A stretch of 37,618 nt of DNA from Octopus bimaculoides (GCF_001194135.2 NC_068995.1:32147710-32185327); one strand, 5' to 3'; positions 24,319 through 35,918 are shown, counted from the stretch's first letter. Notes: generated by a model from the sequence alone, not told the origin. Numbers and translations are program-made.

Positions 24319-24352
<34 letters not shown>

Positions 24353-25237
24353 TTACACCGTCGCTAGAAGGGGACTTAACTNNNNNNNNNNNNNNNNNNN
24401 NNNNNNNNNNNNNNNNNNNNNNNNNNNNNNNNNNNNNNNNNNNNNNNNNNNNNNNNNNNNNNNNNNNNNNNNNNNNNNNNNNNNNNNNNNNNNNNNNNNN
24501 NNNNNNNNNNNNNNNNNNNNNNNNNNNNNNNNNNNNNNNNNNNNNNNNNNNNNNNNNNNNNNNNNNNNNNNNNNNNNNNNNNNNNNNNNNNNNNNNNNNN
24601 NNNNNNNNNNNNNNNNNNNNNNNNNNNNNNNNNNNNNNNNNNNNNNNNNNNNNNNNNNNNNNNNNNNNNNNNNNNNNNNNNNNNNNNNNNNNNNNNNNNN
24701 NNNNNNNNNNNNNNNNNNNNNNNNNNNNNNNNNNNNNNNNNNNNNNNNNNNNNNNNNNNNNNNNNNNNNNNNNNNNNNNNNNNNNNNNNNNNNNNNNNNN
24801 NNNNNNNNNNNNNNNNNNNNNNNNNNNNNNNNNNNNNNNNNNNNNNNNNNNNNNNNNNNNNNNNNNNNNNNNNNNNNNNNNNNNNNNNNNNNNNNNNNNN
24901 NNNNNNNNNNNNNNNNNNNNNNNNNNNNNNNNNNNNNNNNNNNNNNNNNNNNNNNNNNNNNNNNNNNNNNNNNNNNNNNNNNNNNNNNNNNNNNNNNNNN
25001 NNNNNNNNNNNNNNNNNNNNNNNNNNNNNNNNNNNNNNNNNNNNNNNNNNNNNNNNNNNNNNNNNNNNNNNNNNNNNNNNNNNNNNNNNNNNNNNNNNNN
25101 NNNNNNNNNNNNNNNNNNNNNNNNNNNNNNNNNNNNNNNNNNNNNNNNNNNNNNNNNNNNNNNNNNNNNNNNNNNNNNNNNNNNNNNNNNNNNNNNNNNN
25201 NNNNNNNNNNNNNNNNNNNNNNNNNNNNNNNNNNNNN

Positions 25238-26175
25238 GACAGAGAAAAATTGCCCTCCTTTCCCGACCAAAGGAAGGAGTTGGGACGATTTTCACATTGG
25301 ACTCAGACGATAGCTGGACCCGTCCTACACGTGACAGCTGTTCGACAAAGCTCCACAAGTTAGCAATGCGCAGGCACTGTCCGAGAGCATACAAAACGGT
25401 TTCATCGCTCCGCGTGCATCTTGGGCAAGCCCGACTGACTGTATATCTGTAGCTGTAGAACTTATATCGAACCAGCAGCGCCCCCTCCCTCGCCCCAGAT
25501 AGCACTGTCACGCCAGAGATTTCTGGACAGTTCCCAGCCTGAAAGTCATCCGGAAGAGACCAGCCAGTTGATCCTCCTCTACGCCCAGGACCTTTCCGAG
25601 TACGTCGTCGCTCTTGCTCTCCATTAATCCCCTATAGAACTCCAAGGTGAAACTTCCACTGACCAAGCGCCCCGCTTCGACCTATGCCTGATCTAGGACT
25701 GTAGTTCTTTCAAGGACACGAGCTGCTGAAAAGTGCGTTCAACAAACGGCGACCACACGTGCTTACCGTTAAGGTATCGCTGGAGATGTCTATCTCTAGA
25801 TTGAGACTGGTCACCCTGTCTGTCAACTACTCCAGTTCTTGTCCACTTGGAGATCCGAACCGAATCATTCCTCGAGCAATTTAACAGGTCCTTCCGTCCA
25901 GAGCCCCACAATGCTGTCGGTTGGCATGGGCTTGCCTCTCCAGGTGCCGAGCTGCAAGCCCACTGACTTCACCTGGTTGGTCATTGCTCCTGTCACCGAT
26001 TCGTATTCCTCTAGAGTAGTGCCAACCATCTTGATTTCCGAGATGTCCGACACTATCACAGTGACGTCGTCTGCATACGCCCACACGAACCTTCCGCATT
26101 CCAGTTCACGTGGGATTCCCCTCGAAACGCCCAGCTTCCGCAATAATGGCTCGAGTGCCAATATGTGAAGAAGTA
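25238..26175 (-). mobile_element. L1/Tx1-clade LINE RT fragment (copy 1), 5'-truncated
   Basis: LLHILALEPLLRKL...AYADDVTVIVSD...YESVTGA..NQVKSVGLQLGTW (YADD catalytic motif); continues into the gap. Confidence 0.9.
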
Positions 26176-26197
26176 ATAACCCTTCCTATTATAAATA

Positions 26198-26398
26198 GAC
26201 ACAAGGCCTGGATTTTGTGAGGTGCGGGACAATCGATCACATCGACCCTAGTACTTGATTGGTACTTAATTCATCGACCCCGAAAGGATGAAAGGCAAAC
26301 TCGACCTCGGCGGAATTTGAACTCAGAACGTAAAGACGGACGTAATGCAGCAAAGCATTTTGCCCGATGTGCTAACAATTCTGCCAGTTGACCACCAT
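26198..26398 (-). mobile_element. SINE family A, full length
   Basis: Collinear with 28647-28868. Confidence 0.9.
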
Positions 26399-26426
26399 AA
26401 TGATAATAATAATGATAATAATAATG

Positions 26427-26459
<33 letters not shown>
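26398..26459. repeat. (TAA)n microsatellite
   Basis: Seen directly. Confidence 0.95.
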
Positions 26460-26460
26460 C

Positions 26461-26700
26461 GGTAAATATAAAGACTTGCTAATAGAAATTGAAAAAATGT
26501 GGCACCTCTAGGACCTCTAGGAATGATAAAAAAAAAGAGGTACTGAAACCTATTTGAAAATGATACCAGGCTTACCATCCCTAAAGGAAATGCAAAAAAA
26601 TCGTGTTAATTGAATGGACTCATGTACTGAGAAGAGCATTATCGCTGTGAAAACAACATCCATTCATGAATTTATTTATTTATTAATTGTTTTTTTTAAA
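26461..26700 (+). mobile_element. R4/Dong-like non-LTR element, 3' fragment
   Basis: GKYKDLLIEIEKMWHL / GPLGMIKK / GTETYLKMIPGLPSLKEMQK / IVL...HVLRRALSL* matches the C-terminal restriction-like endonuclease end (KY.DL..E...W, GxLG). Confidence 0.8.
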
Positions 26701-26708
26701 TACATATT

Positions 26709-28610
26709 TTACTTGTGAATTTGCGTGTGTAAACTGGGAATACATACAATGAGATTCTCTGCCCTAGGTGAAAGAGCAGCTAATTGATGTTCTTCGACGC
26801 CCAAAGTCTCCCTAAGAATGTCGTTGCAGTTTTCCTCCACTAATCCTCTATAAAAAGCTAAACTGCACGTTCCACCTATCGCGGTGTCCGACTGGCTGAG
26901 GGCTGTAAGCGCTTGAAGACATTCTACTTTCCAAATGCTCTCCCTCAGTTTCCGTTTTACCCAGGACTGCAGCTCCGTTAAAGAAACTAGCAGCGAAAAT
27001 ATGTGTTTGACGAAAGGCGACCACACCTGTTCAGCGTCAAGGAAGCACTGTGGATGTCGTAGCCTCAGCGCATGTCTGTGCATCATCAACCACGGCATGC
27101 CCAGGCCACAACTAAGCGGGCGTTAACAGCAGATAGACCGCCTGATCACCGGGACGCGTCCCTTCCACGAGAAGCGGAAGAATATACGCTCCAGGTAATC
27201 AGACGGTGGCCAAGACAAGGTAAGATGGTCAAGTGATAGTAGATGACAGACGCGATTTACGCGTTAGCCACCTCTGGTCCACCTTTCAGGGGTATTTTTA
27301 TCCCGGCCAATTTCTGGGTGAGAGTAGTCACTCTGCTCGTTACCTCGTCCCAGTTTTTGTCCATCTGGAGGCCAGGACCTAACCAGAAGCCCCGAGCAAT
27401 TTAACCGGTCCGTCTGTCCAGCGCCCAACGACGCAGTTGGAAACCTTCGCCGCAAGCCCACTGATTTTTCTTGGTTAATCGTCATCCCTGAGAGCGATGC
27501 CAATCATTTCATTGTATTTATGATCCGACACCACTATGGTGACATCGTCGAGATATGCCGACACGCATCTCCCACGACCTAGGTTACGTAGGATGCCTCT
27601 GAACGCCTCCAGTTTATATAGTAGGGGCTCGAGAGTCAGTACATACAAGAGAGACGAGAGGGGGAAACCTTGCCGGACCGAGCGCATGATGTTGAACAGC
27701 TCTGAGAGGTGACCGTCCACTCTGGCCACAGAACAGATGTCGCTGTGCATTGCAGTGATCCAGCCCCTGAATATAGGCCCGAAACCAGCTGCATTGAGGG
27801 CCGCCGCCAGGTATAGATGGTCTTTTCGGGATGGCACATGTCTTTGCCTCCCCTATCAGATCCCCAACGACAAGCGCCAACTTCGTAGCTAACACTTTGG
27901 CCAACATTTTGGTCAATAAAATTTCTCTTGTTCGAGTCTTTTATCAGCAACGCCAATGCTCCTCGGTTCACAAAACTGGGAATTCTCCCATTCTGTTGCC
28001 AGTTGCAGTAAACGTTTGCTAAGTGTCGCCGAAAAAGTCTGGCATGTAAGCGTAAAGCTCGTAGGACAGACCATCTAAACCAGGCGATTTGTCCCTCATG
28101 CAGCTAGTCATTGCTTTCCGTATTTTAAAGGCTGTTATCGGCCTTTAGCAGCGCTCTGCCTCCGTCGCTGAGAGCTGCAGCAGTCTGTCGAGGTAGGACG
28201 TGAAATTCATCCTGCAACTCGGCTCACCGCTGCTCCCAAACGGTTGAGTGAAGCGCCACTGAAAGCGCACACATCTGTCTTGGATCAGCTATCATTTGCC
28301 CGTCATGATCCGGGAGGTTCGGATCGCGGATTTATTGTCACACGGTGCCTCTACCACTCGGGGTTATTGAACCGTTCCTACGTCTCTAAGTGTTCGTGCC
28401 TTAGCTCTGGCAACGCAAACTTCGTGTTTCGCGTTGTAGAATTGGTTGAATGCCAATCTCGCTGCGAGCAAGTCGGTCGCGATGCCATTTCTAAAAGTCT
28501 CGTCTAACTTTTCGACTCGCCCTGCCTCAACTATGTTTCTTTCTATTGCTAGTCCTTTGCTCAACCTCATCGTTTATATTCCAATCGCCTTTTTCAGGGC
28601 GAATAATAAT
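26709..28610 (-). mobile_element. L1/Tx1-clade LINE ORF2 fragment (copy 2), decayed
   Basis: PGLDG-like and KMLAKVLATKL segments, RSVRQGFPLSSLLYVLTLEPLL, SAYLDDVTIVVSD, C-terminal QVWSPFVKH..ELQSW (also present in copy 1). Confidence 0.9.
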
Positions 28611-28646
28611 AATAATGATTTCATTTATTTGCCACCAGGGTAATAA

Positions 28647-28868
28647 CAATAACTTTTTTCACTCTAGGCACAAGGCCGGAAATTTTGGGGGAGGGGGCCA
28701 GTCGATTAGATCGACTCCAGTACGCAACTGGTACTTAATTTATCGACTCCGAAAGGATGAAAGGTAAAGTTGACCTCGGCGGAATTTGAGCTCAGAACGT
28801 AAAGACAAACGAAATACCGCTGAGCATTTCGCCCGGCATGCTAACGTTGCTGCTAGCTCGCCGCCTTA
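28647..28868 (-). mobile_element. SINE family A, full length, with TSD
   Basis: Complete head-to-tail copy; 10-bp direct repeat AGGGTAATAA at 28637-28646 and 28868-28877. Confidence 0.92.
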
Positions 28869-29099
28869 GGGTAATAATAATAATGTTAGCGAAATGAATA
28901 CGAGATCTGTTGTTCAGCGTATGATGCAATAAAGGTGGAAGATTTCATTTGAAGTTAAAATGTGTGTGAATTGCCACAGCTATTGCCGTGGCAGCTGCTT
29001 TAATCAATATTATATACACAGCAGATACAATTGCATGTAATTGATCGCACCATGCGGTCACACAACACGCCTATTGGTTTCGAAGGTTTTGTACACAAA

Positions 29100-29480
29100 C
29101 AACTCATACAAACACACACATACACAAATGCACTTAGACACATACATAGACACGCAATGCATACACACATATTCATATACTAACAATGCATACATGCATA
29201 CACATACACACGCAATGCATACACGCAATGCATACATACATGAAGAAACAGCTCTTACAAACACACACATATACAAATATACATGCATACACACATATAT
29301 ATACACGCAATACATACATACGTACGTACATACATAGATACATGTGAATGTGTGTAGGTGGGTGTATAAATATATGCACGGTCTACATACGCGAATACTT
29401 ACATACATGCGTGTGTGTGTGTGTGTTCATAAATATATGCATAAACACTCACACACATGTATGCACCCGCGCGAGCACAC

Positions 29481-29551
<71 letters not shown>
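29100..29551. repeat. (CA)/(TA)-rich low-complexity region ending in (CA)n
   Basis: Seen directly. Confidence 0.9.
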
Positions 29552-29984
29552 NNNNNNNNNNNNNNNNNNNNNNNNNNNNNNNNNNNNNNNNNNNNNNNNN
29601 NNNNNNNNNNNNNNNNNNNNNNNNNNNNNNNNNNNNNNNNNNNNNNNNNNNNNNNNNNNNNNNNNNNNNNNNNNNNNNNNNNNNNNNNNNNNNNNNNNNN
29701 NNNNNNNNNNNNNNNNNNNNNNNNNNNNNNNNNNNNNNNNNNNNNNNNNNNNNNNNNNNNNNNNNNNNNNNNNNNNNNNNNNNNNNNNNNNNNNNNNNNN
29801 NNNNNNNNNNNNNNNNNNNNNNNNNNNNNNNNNNNNNNNNNNNNNNNNNNNNNNNNNNNNNNNNNNNNNNNNNNNNNNNNNNNNNNNNNNNNNNNNNNNN
29901 NNNNNNNNNNNNNNNNNNNNNNNNNNNNNNNNNNNNNNNNNNNNNNNNNNNNNNNNNNNTATCACCTTGGAGAAATTTTTAGTC

Positions 29985-30138
29985 GACCGAATCGACTGAC
30001 AGGTTTCAAATCCACTCACAAGGCTTTAGTCGGCCTAAGGTTATAGTGGAATACACTTGGTCAAGGTGTCACGTAGATGGACTGAACCCGGAACCATGTA
30101 GTTGGGAAGCAAGCTTCTTACCACACAACCACGAAGCA
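29985..30138 (-). mobile_element. SINE family D, 5' part
   Basis: AAATCCACTCACAAGGCTTTAGTCGGCC...GGACTGAACCCGGAACCATG (B-box GGTTCAGTCC on the minus strand). Confidence 0.8.
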
Positions 30139-30271
30139 GGCAATTCGATTGATCAAATAACTGAATCCTCACCATCGAATGATGGAGTTCCACCACCACC
30201 TCCATGTGCGTGTGAGCGCGTGTGTGTGTGTGTGAGTGTGTGTGTGTGCATGTGAATGTGTGTGTGTGTGT

Positions 30272-30562
30272 GGTTGAAGAAGATCATGAGTTCGATTTCC
30301 GGCGGTGCATTGTCTCCTTGAAAAGGACACTTTATTTCACCGTGCTCCAGTCCACTCATCTGGCAAGAATGTGTTGTACCTGCATTTCAGAAGGGCCAGC
30401 ATTATTACAAACGATGTCACGTTGAATCCCCATGAGAATTACGTTAAGGGTAGACGTGCCTGTGGAATGCACAGCTAATTGCACGCTACTTTTATGAACA
30501 GGCTGTTCCGTTGATCGGATCAGCTGGAACGTTTGTCGTCGTAACCGACGGAGTACCAGTTT
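30272..30562 (+). mobile_element. SINE family B, near full length
   Basis: GAGTTCGATTTCC B-box, GACACTTTATTTCAC, AAGGGCCAGC, GTTAAGGGTA..CG, tail GTAACCGACGGAGT; collinear with 18612-18855. Confidence 0.85.
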
Positions 30563-30659
30563 ACATGGTAGAAGTGGTGGATACACACACACGCACATAC
30601 GCACACATATAAGCTGAGGTTTGTATGCGACTGTTATATTGCTGTGTATAAATATGTAC

Positions 30660-30845
30660 ATAATATGCATGCATGTATTTGAATGAGTGTATATATGCAT
30701 GCGTGCATGTATGTATATGTGTATGTATTCATGTATGTATGTATGTGTTTATGTATGCTTGCGTATATGTGTGTATGTATGCATATAAGTATGAGTTTGT
30801 ATATGTATGTGTTTGTGTTTGTATTTATTTGTATATATATGTGCA
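30660..30845. repeat. (TATG)/(TG) degenerate microsatellite
   Basis: Seen directly. Confidence 0.85.
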
Positions 30846-31944
30846 TGTTGACCACACTATGATAAACAGTGTTCAAGCTGTCATCACCACCAGGATTTTT
30901 GTTCCCGGTGTCTACCTATTATCAACAATTGGGTGAACAACTGGGGTTTAGTTCCTGCTCAAATCTGATCCAGCAAACCGTAGTCCGATGATGTTCTAGC
31001 TGCGACGCCATTAACTCATGCGTCATTTTTTACCATTCGGCCCCCCCCAGAATGGAGGTAATTTGATGTTTCTCGCAGATCGAACAGTTTATTCGTTAGT
31101 ACATGACGGCTGTATTGCTGCTGCTGCTGCTGCTGCTGCTGTTGATATTGTTGATGGAAGTATCAAGGTCGTTGGCGGTGCTGTTTACATGTGTGTTTGT
31201 ACGGAAACAATCCTGATCAAACAAACAAACGATCAATAAAGTTCCAGATGTGACCGTCCTGTCTTCCATTTATTATCTATTTGCCGTTTTTAAAACGGCT
31301 GGTCATAATTTGACACAGCTAATATTTCTAGCAAGTCGATCGGCCAGTGTGAGGCAGATTTATTATTAACAGGAAGCGACTGGGTCTATAAAGACTAGAA
31401 AGTTCTTAACATGTGAAAATGCCAAACTGAAATCAGATTTGGGATTTAAGAATAGTTTTAGACTTTAAAGGGTTTCTTTATTCTGCACAGATCACCTTCA
31501 ACCCTTTTAGAAGTAGAATTGTATGAATAAAGGTCACTATTTTTTTTATTTGCTTTATTTTCCTTGGAATTGTCCAAACATACTTTGGCAGCGCGTTGCT
31601 GCATTCTATTAAAACCCAACATTATATGGACCACTAAGCAATCTCAATACAACCTTTTCTTCCATTTTGTACATTTTCCTTGTCATTTCTTGCGTGTATA
31701 AACTAATGTACTTTTGATGTATGTTTTTAAGTTTTGAATTTTAATTCGTGTCCATAATAAATATTTTGTACACGCAACGTCCATAATAAATAATGTTTCA
31801 GCCTAGAAAGCCCACACTTTAATTTCCTTATAGTCCTAATGACATATCTATTTTCTCGAAGTTTTATTATAGAGCGCTATCCTAGTTTTCAGAAATTGGC
31901 AGAAGATTGACATTGTGGAGTTCAGGGGAATATTTTTTGGTTCT

Positions 31945-32385
31945 TCAGCCTAATGCCCCGATGCAGTACCAGACAGTGGCTCTCATGGATTCTGATCATA
32001 ATTGACTGGAAGTGTTATCATGTACATTGCTTTGTCTTGGTATAAAATATGGGCTACAGCGAATATTCTGCTCAATACCACAGATTTGCTTGTCAGTTGT
32101 TTGACCTTAACCAGTTGAACATGTCCCTTAGTGGCTGACGATATGTGCATCTCTGATCACGAGTAGAAGTAGTGGGGGAGTATCATAGTTATGTGTTGAG
32201 AGGAATTCTTTGGGGTTTGGATAATTCACCTCTGGAAACATGGGTTTTTCGTTCAACATCCTTAAACAAACTTATTCAGTGTCCTTTTGAACAAGATGGG
32301 CTACTTGACCTGAAGAAAATTCTAGCCGAGCCCCACCTGCAAGGTCATGTGCTATTTATCTTTATATCAGATCACCATGCACTGC
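31945..32385. mobile_element. Unclassified interspersed repeat
   Basis: Recalled as an abundant octopus repeat; there is no second copy in the window, so support is weak. Confidence 0.3.
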
Positions 32386-32417
32386 GCTCTCACTCAATAA
32401 TAATAATAATGATAATA

Positions 32418-32775
32418 GTAACTGTTATCCCAATAGTTGTAGAGGCATTCGGAAAACTAGCAACCGGGTTCGAGAAATATGTCGGAGTAATTGGAATCGA
32501 CGTGAGGGTAGAGAAGGTCCAAAGACTGCTCTATTGAGGTCGATTAGGGTTTTGAGATTGGTGCTTGAATGTTGAGTGTCTTCCACAATAAGTTAACATA
32601 CGGTGGTGCATCAGCATGGCCGCAGCTCTAAGCTGAAACTTTAAAAAAAAAAAAAAATACGGGTACCAAAGCTTATAATTTGAGGAAAGAGACCCTGTGA
32701 GACTTCGGATAACAGGTCGCTGTCCGCTCACACAGAACTAACCAGAACAAGTAAGATCGAGAGCGCCGAGAAGTA

Positions 32776-32780
<5 letters not shown>
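32418..32780 (+). mobile_element. R4/Dong-like 3' fragment, probably with its 3' UTR, interrupted by a short tail insert at about 32580-32660
   Basis: VTVIPIVVEAFGKLATGFEKYVGVIGIDVRVEKVQ / TALLRSIRVLRLVLEC*; starts directly after (TAA)n. Confidence 0.75.
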
Positions 32781-32818
<38 letters not shown>

Positions 32819-32834
32819 AATAATAATAATAATA

Positions 32835-33684
32835 TTAATTGATATTAGAATGGAATTTGAACTCAAGAAGAGCAGAATAATCTACCTAAAAAGAGGCAAG
32901 GGACAGTCCCTTGCAGGGATAGAATTACTGAATAGAGACTTGATTAGACAAATTGAAACGGAAGGATACAAATACCTTGGTGTACTAGAGTTCAAAACGA
33001 GATAATGGAAAAGGAAATGAAAGAGCAACTGAGGATGGAATATTTCCGAAGACTAAGGTTGGTGTTGCGCTCAAAATTGATTGGATGGAATAAAATCCAA
33101 GCACTTAATACGTGGGTGTTAGCATCACTTCGGTATGTTGCAGGAATTATAAAATGGCAAAAGAGAGAAGTGATGAAAATGGATACCAGGACCAGAAAAA
33201 TGTTGACAGTACACGGAGCCGTCTACCCTAAGAGTGACACCGATATGTTGTGCTTGTCCAGAAGAAAGGGTGAGAGAGGTTTGATCAGTTGCTAGGAATG
33301 TATCGAAGTAGAGAAAAACAGCCTAGGTCGTATATAAAAAATGACGTGGAGTCATTGTTGAAACATACAAAGAAAGCCGGCGTAATCAACACTGAAAATT
33401 GTGTTATTGTGAAAATTGTGTTATTGTGAAAATTGTGTTATTGTGAAAATTGTGTTATTGTGAAAATTGTGTTATTGTGAAAATTGTGAAATTTGTGTAA
33501 TTAAAAAAAATTTTAACAAGAAATGAACAAAAAAAAAGCATGGAAAGAAAAGAAAATGTACGGTTACTTTGCAAGAGATGTGAACACCAAGACAAATACA
33601 GAGGACTGGTGGCTATGAATGAGGAAGAGTGACCTGAAGATAGAGACAGAAGCGCTCATATGCGCAACTCAGGAACAAGCGCTA
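32835..33684 (+). mobile_element. R4/Dong-like RT C-terminal region fragment
   Basis: DIRMEFELKK..IYLKRGK, GYKYLGVLE, EYFRRLRLVLRSKL.G.NKIQALNTW, DTRTRKML, RKGERGL, WL..SDLK.ETEALICATQEQAL. Confidence 0.9.
33393..33502. repeat. 17-bp minisatellite (TGAAAATTGTGTTATTG) x5 plus partial copies
   Basis: Five perfect units at 33393-33477, then degenerate partial units. Confidence 0.95.
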
Positions 33685-33912
33685 ATTATTCAGACAAATA
33701 CATAACAAAAACACCAGGACTTACAAATATATATAACATATAGAAAATTGCATTACTGAGCACTGCACACATCCTACGCAAAACACTTTCAATACAGTCA
33801 CCGTAAGAGCATCACAGTAAACCACAGCACATACCCAAGGCACACAGAGCTGCACTCAGTACTGCAGTAAAAACACGTGTTAAAAATAAGACTACTGAAT
33901 AATAATAATAAT
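33685..33912 (+). mobile_element. R4/Dong-like 3' end and 3' UTR ending in (AAT)n
   Basis: YSDKYITKTPGLTNIYNI*KIALLSTAHILRKTLSIQ, then a UTR ending GACTACTGAATAATAATAATAAT. Confidence 0.8.
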
Positions 33913-33919
33913 ATTTTTA

Positions 33920-35758
33920 AAGGATTGACGTAACTTCTCACAAAGGTAAACAGTCAAGATGACGAGCGCGATTCGATTGTAATAGATATTTTATTGGTTG
34001 AACGATATTTCAACAGTAAGCCTGTCTTTGTCAAGTTCAAAATAAGAAGTGATAAAAATTGAAAATTATAGAAATGTAAATTTAAAGTATGGACGAGAGA
34101 AACCAACGTCCACGTGTTGATGGAATTACATCGTCAGTCTTTAAGTTTCAATTTTATAACAGGCGAAAAGAAAAAGACAGAAAAAAAAGACAGAAAGAAA
34201 GAAGAAAGAAAAGAAAAGGTAAAAAAAAAAGAATATTTAATCAAACAGTTTTGTATAAATTTGATATTCTCCTGTCACTTTATTCATTCTTCCAGGGCTT
34301 TGATGCTTATAACCCGCAAACATTATTTCTCCTCATGCATTTTGAGAAGTGAAAGTGAAGCAGATTCAGAATATTTTCTGAGAATATACACTTTCAAGTA
34401 TTTTTCAAAATTGCAGCTGCTTGACGCAAAATGTTCTGTCCCACTACTGTTATTGTGCCTGACGTCATATCTGTGCCCATTAAATCTTTTGTTTAATTGT
34501 TCAATTGTACAACCAATATAAATCAAATTGCGTTTCGTGCATTCTGCCGCGTACACCAAATGGGAATCTCTACATGTCCCGCCTTCTGTATAATTCAAAA
34601 TATTTCTGTTATGATTTTCTGATGGAATTCACTTGACTCATGTTGATGCAAAATGAACAGGGCTTGCCTTTCTTGCGGCTGTTTTTCAAGTTACAGCGTG
34701 CAGATATAGACGTCAATAATTCTCTTATATTCTTATTCCGTCTAAAGGCTACAATAGGCGGCTGAGGAAATATCTGTTTGAAACGAGGATGTTTTTTCGC
34801 CACATGCTGGTAACTTTCATGCAACACTTTCGAAATGTCAGCGAAATGTCGGTGCCAAGTTAATCGCTAAAGGGATTCTGTCCTCTATTGTATTGTGTTT
34901 GCTAAAATTATGCGTGAAGGTTTGACTATCTTTGGTAATCTTAGTTATTTCATTTGCTATTTCTTTAATCCTGATTCACTGTAACCGCGTTTGACATAAT
35001 GTTGTACAAAAGCATTTTCATGTTTCCAGTAATCTCAGTACTGTCAGTACAAATCCGTTTTACCCTCAAAAATTGGGATTTCGGATTTGACCGAATAATA
35101 TGAAGTGGATGATCGGAGCGGCGGTGGAAATAAATGTGAGATGACGTGGGCTTGCAAAATAACTCTATCACTATTCTGCCCCCAGAAAACTTAACTTTTG
35201 TGTCAAAAATTCAACGCTAGTTTTTGAAAAACTAGACGTAAATGTTATGTTGAACTTTAAGTCATAGTTTTTAGCATAACAGTCACAGAGATGCAAGACG
35301 TCAATTAAGTTATCCTGTGATCCTTCCCAGACAGAAAAGAACGACGTCATCAATGAACCATGACCAAAGTATTGGTTCATGACTATGAAGGGATTTGAAT
35401 GTCTTCAGCAGCTGCTGAATGTCTTCATGACGAATTTCGTCATGAAGACATTAGCGAAATTAAATGCTATGGGAGTATCCATGGCGCAACTCCGCGACTG
35501 GTGGTAAAATCTTTGTCCAAATTTCATTGTGCTACTTCGTAACACAAATCTCAATAATCTACAGAGAAAATTTGAAGGAATACTTTTGTTTGACCGCTTT
35601 TCGAAAGCATCTATGCATGCTTCTACGCCATCATCGTGGTCAATATTGGGATATAAGGAAGAAACATCCATGGTTACCAAAAAATAGTTCTCGACACGGC
35701 CTTGGTGCTTCAAAAGTTGTTGATTTTAGACACAAAATCAAAATTATCCCGAATATAG
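33920..35758 (-). mobile_element. Penelope-like element (RT plus GIY-YIG), decayed, 5'-truncated
   Basis: SYIRDNFDFVSKI, LVTMDVSSLYPNIDH, FGQRFYHQ..AM.TP...FANVFM, KPTSSHIY..SDHP, PPIVAFRRNKNIRELL, KPCSFC linker, LVYAAECTKRNLIYIGCT...RFNGHRYD; AT-rich 3' terminal region at about 33920-34280. Confidence 0.92.
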
Positions 35759-35915
35759 GAGGAGGAAGAGGAAGAGGATGAGGAGGCAGGGGAGGAGGAG
35801 GGGAGGAGGAGGAGGAGAAGGAGAAGAAGAAGAAGAAGAAGAAGAAGAAGAAGAAGAAGAAGAAGAAGAAGAAGAAGAAGAAGAACAACAACAACAACAA
35901 CAACAACAACAAAAA
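35758..35915. repeat. Compound (GGA)n(GAA)n(CAA)n array
   Basis: Seen directly. Confidence 0.95.
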
Positions 35916-35918
35916 CAA

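Noticed and set aside
32172-32537. 121-aa ORF
   Set aside because: Accidental read-through from an unclassified repeat across (TAA)n into a Dong C-terminal fragment.
33393-33502. CRISPR-like repeat array
   Set aside because: Head-to-tail tandem units with no spacers, in a eukaryotic context with no cas genes.
34095-34140. Possible hammerhead ribozyme in the Penelope terminal region (minus CTGACGA, then near-palindrome GATGTAATTCCATC and CACGTG)
   Set aside because: No GAAA core after stem II and no convincing stem I. At best a dead remnant; it would need a consensus-level covariance search.
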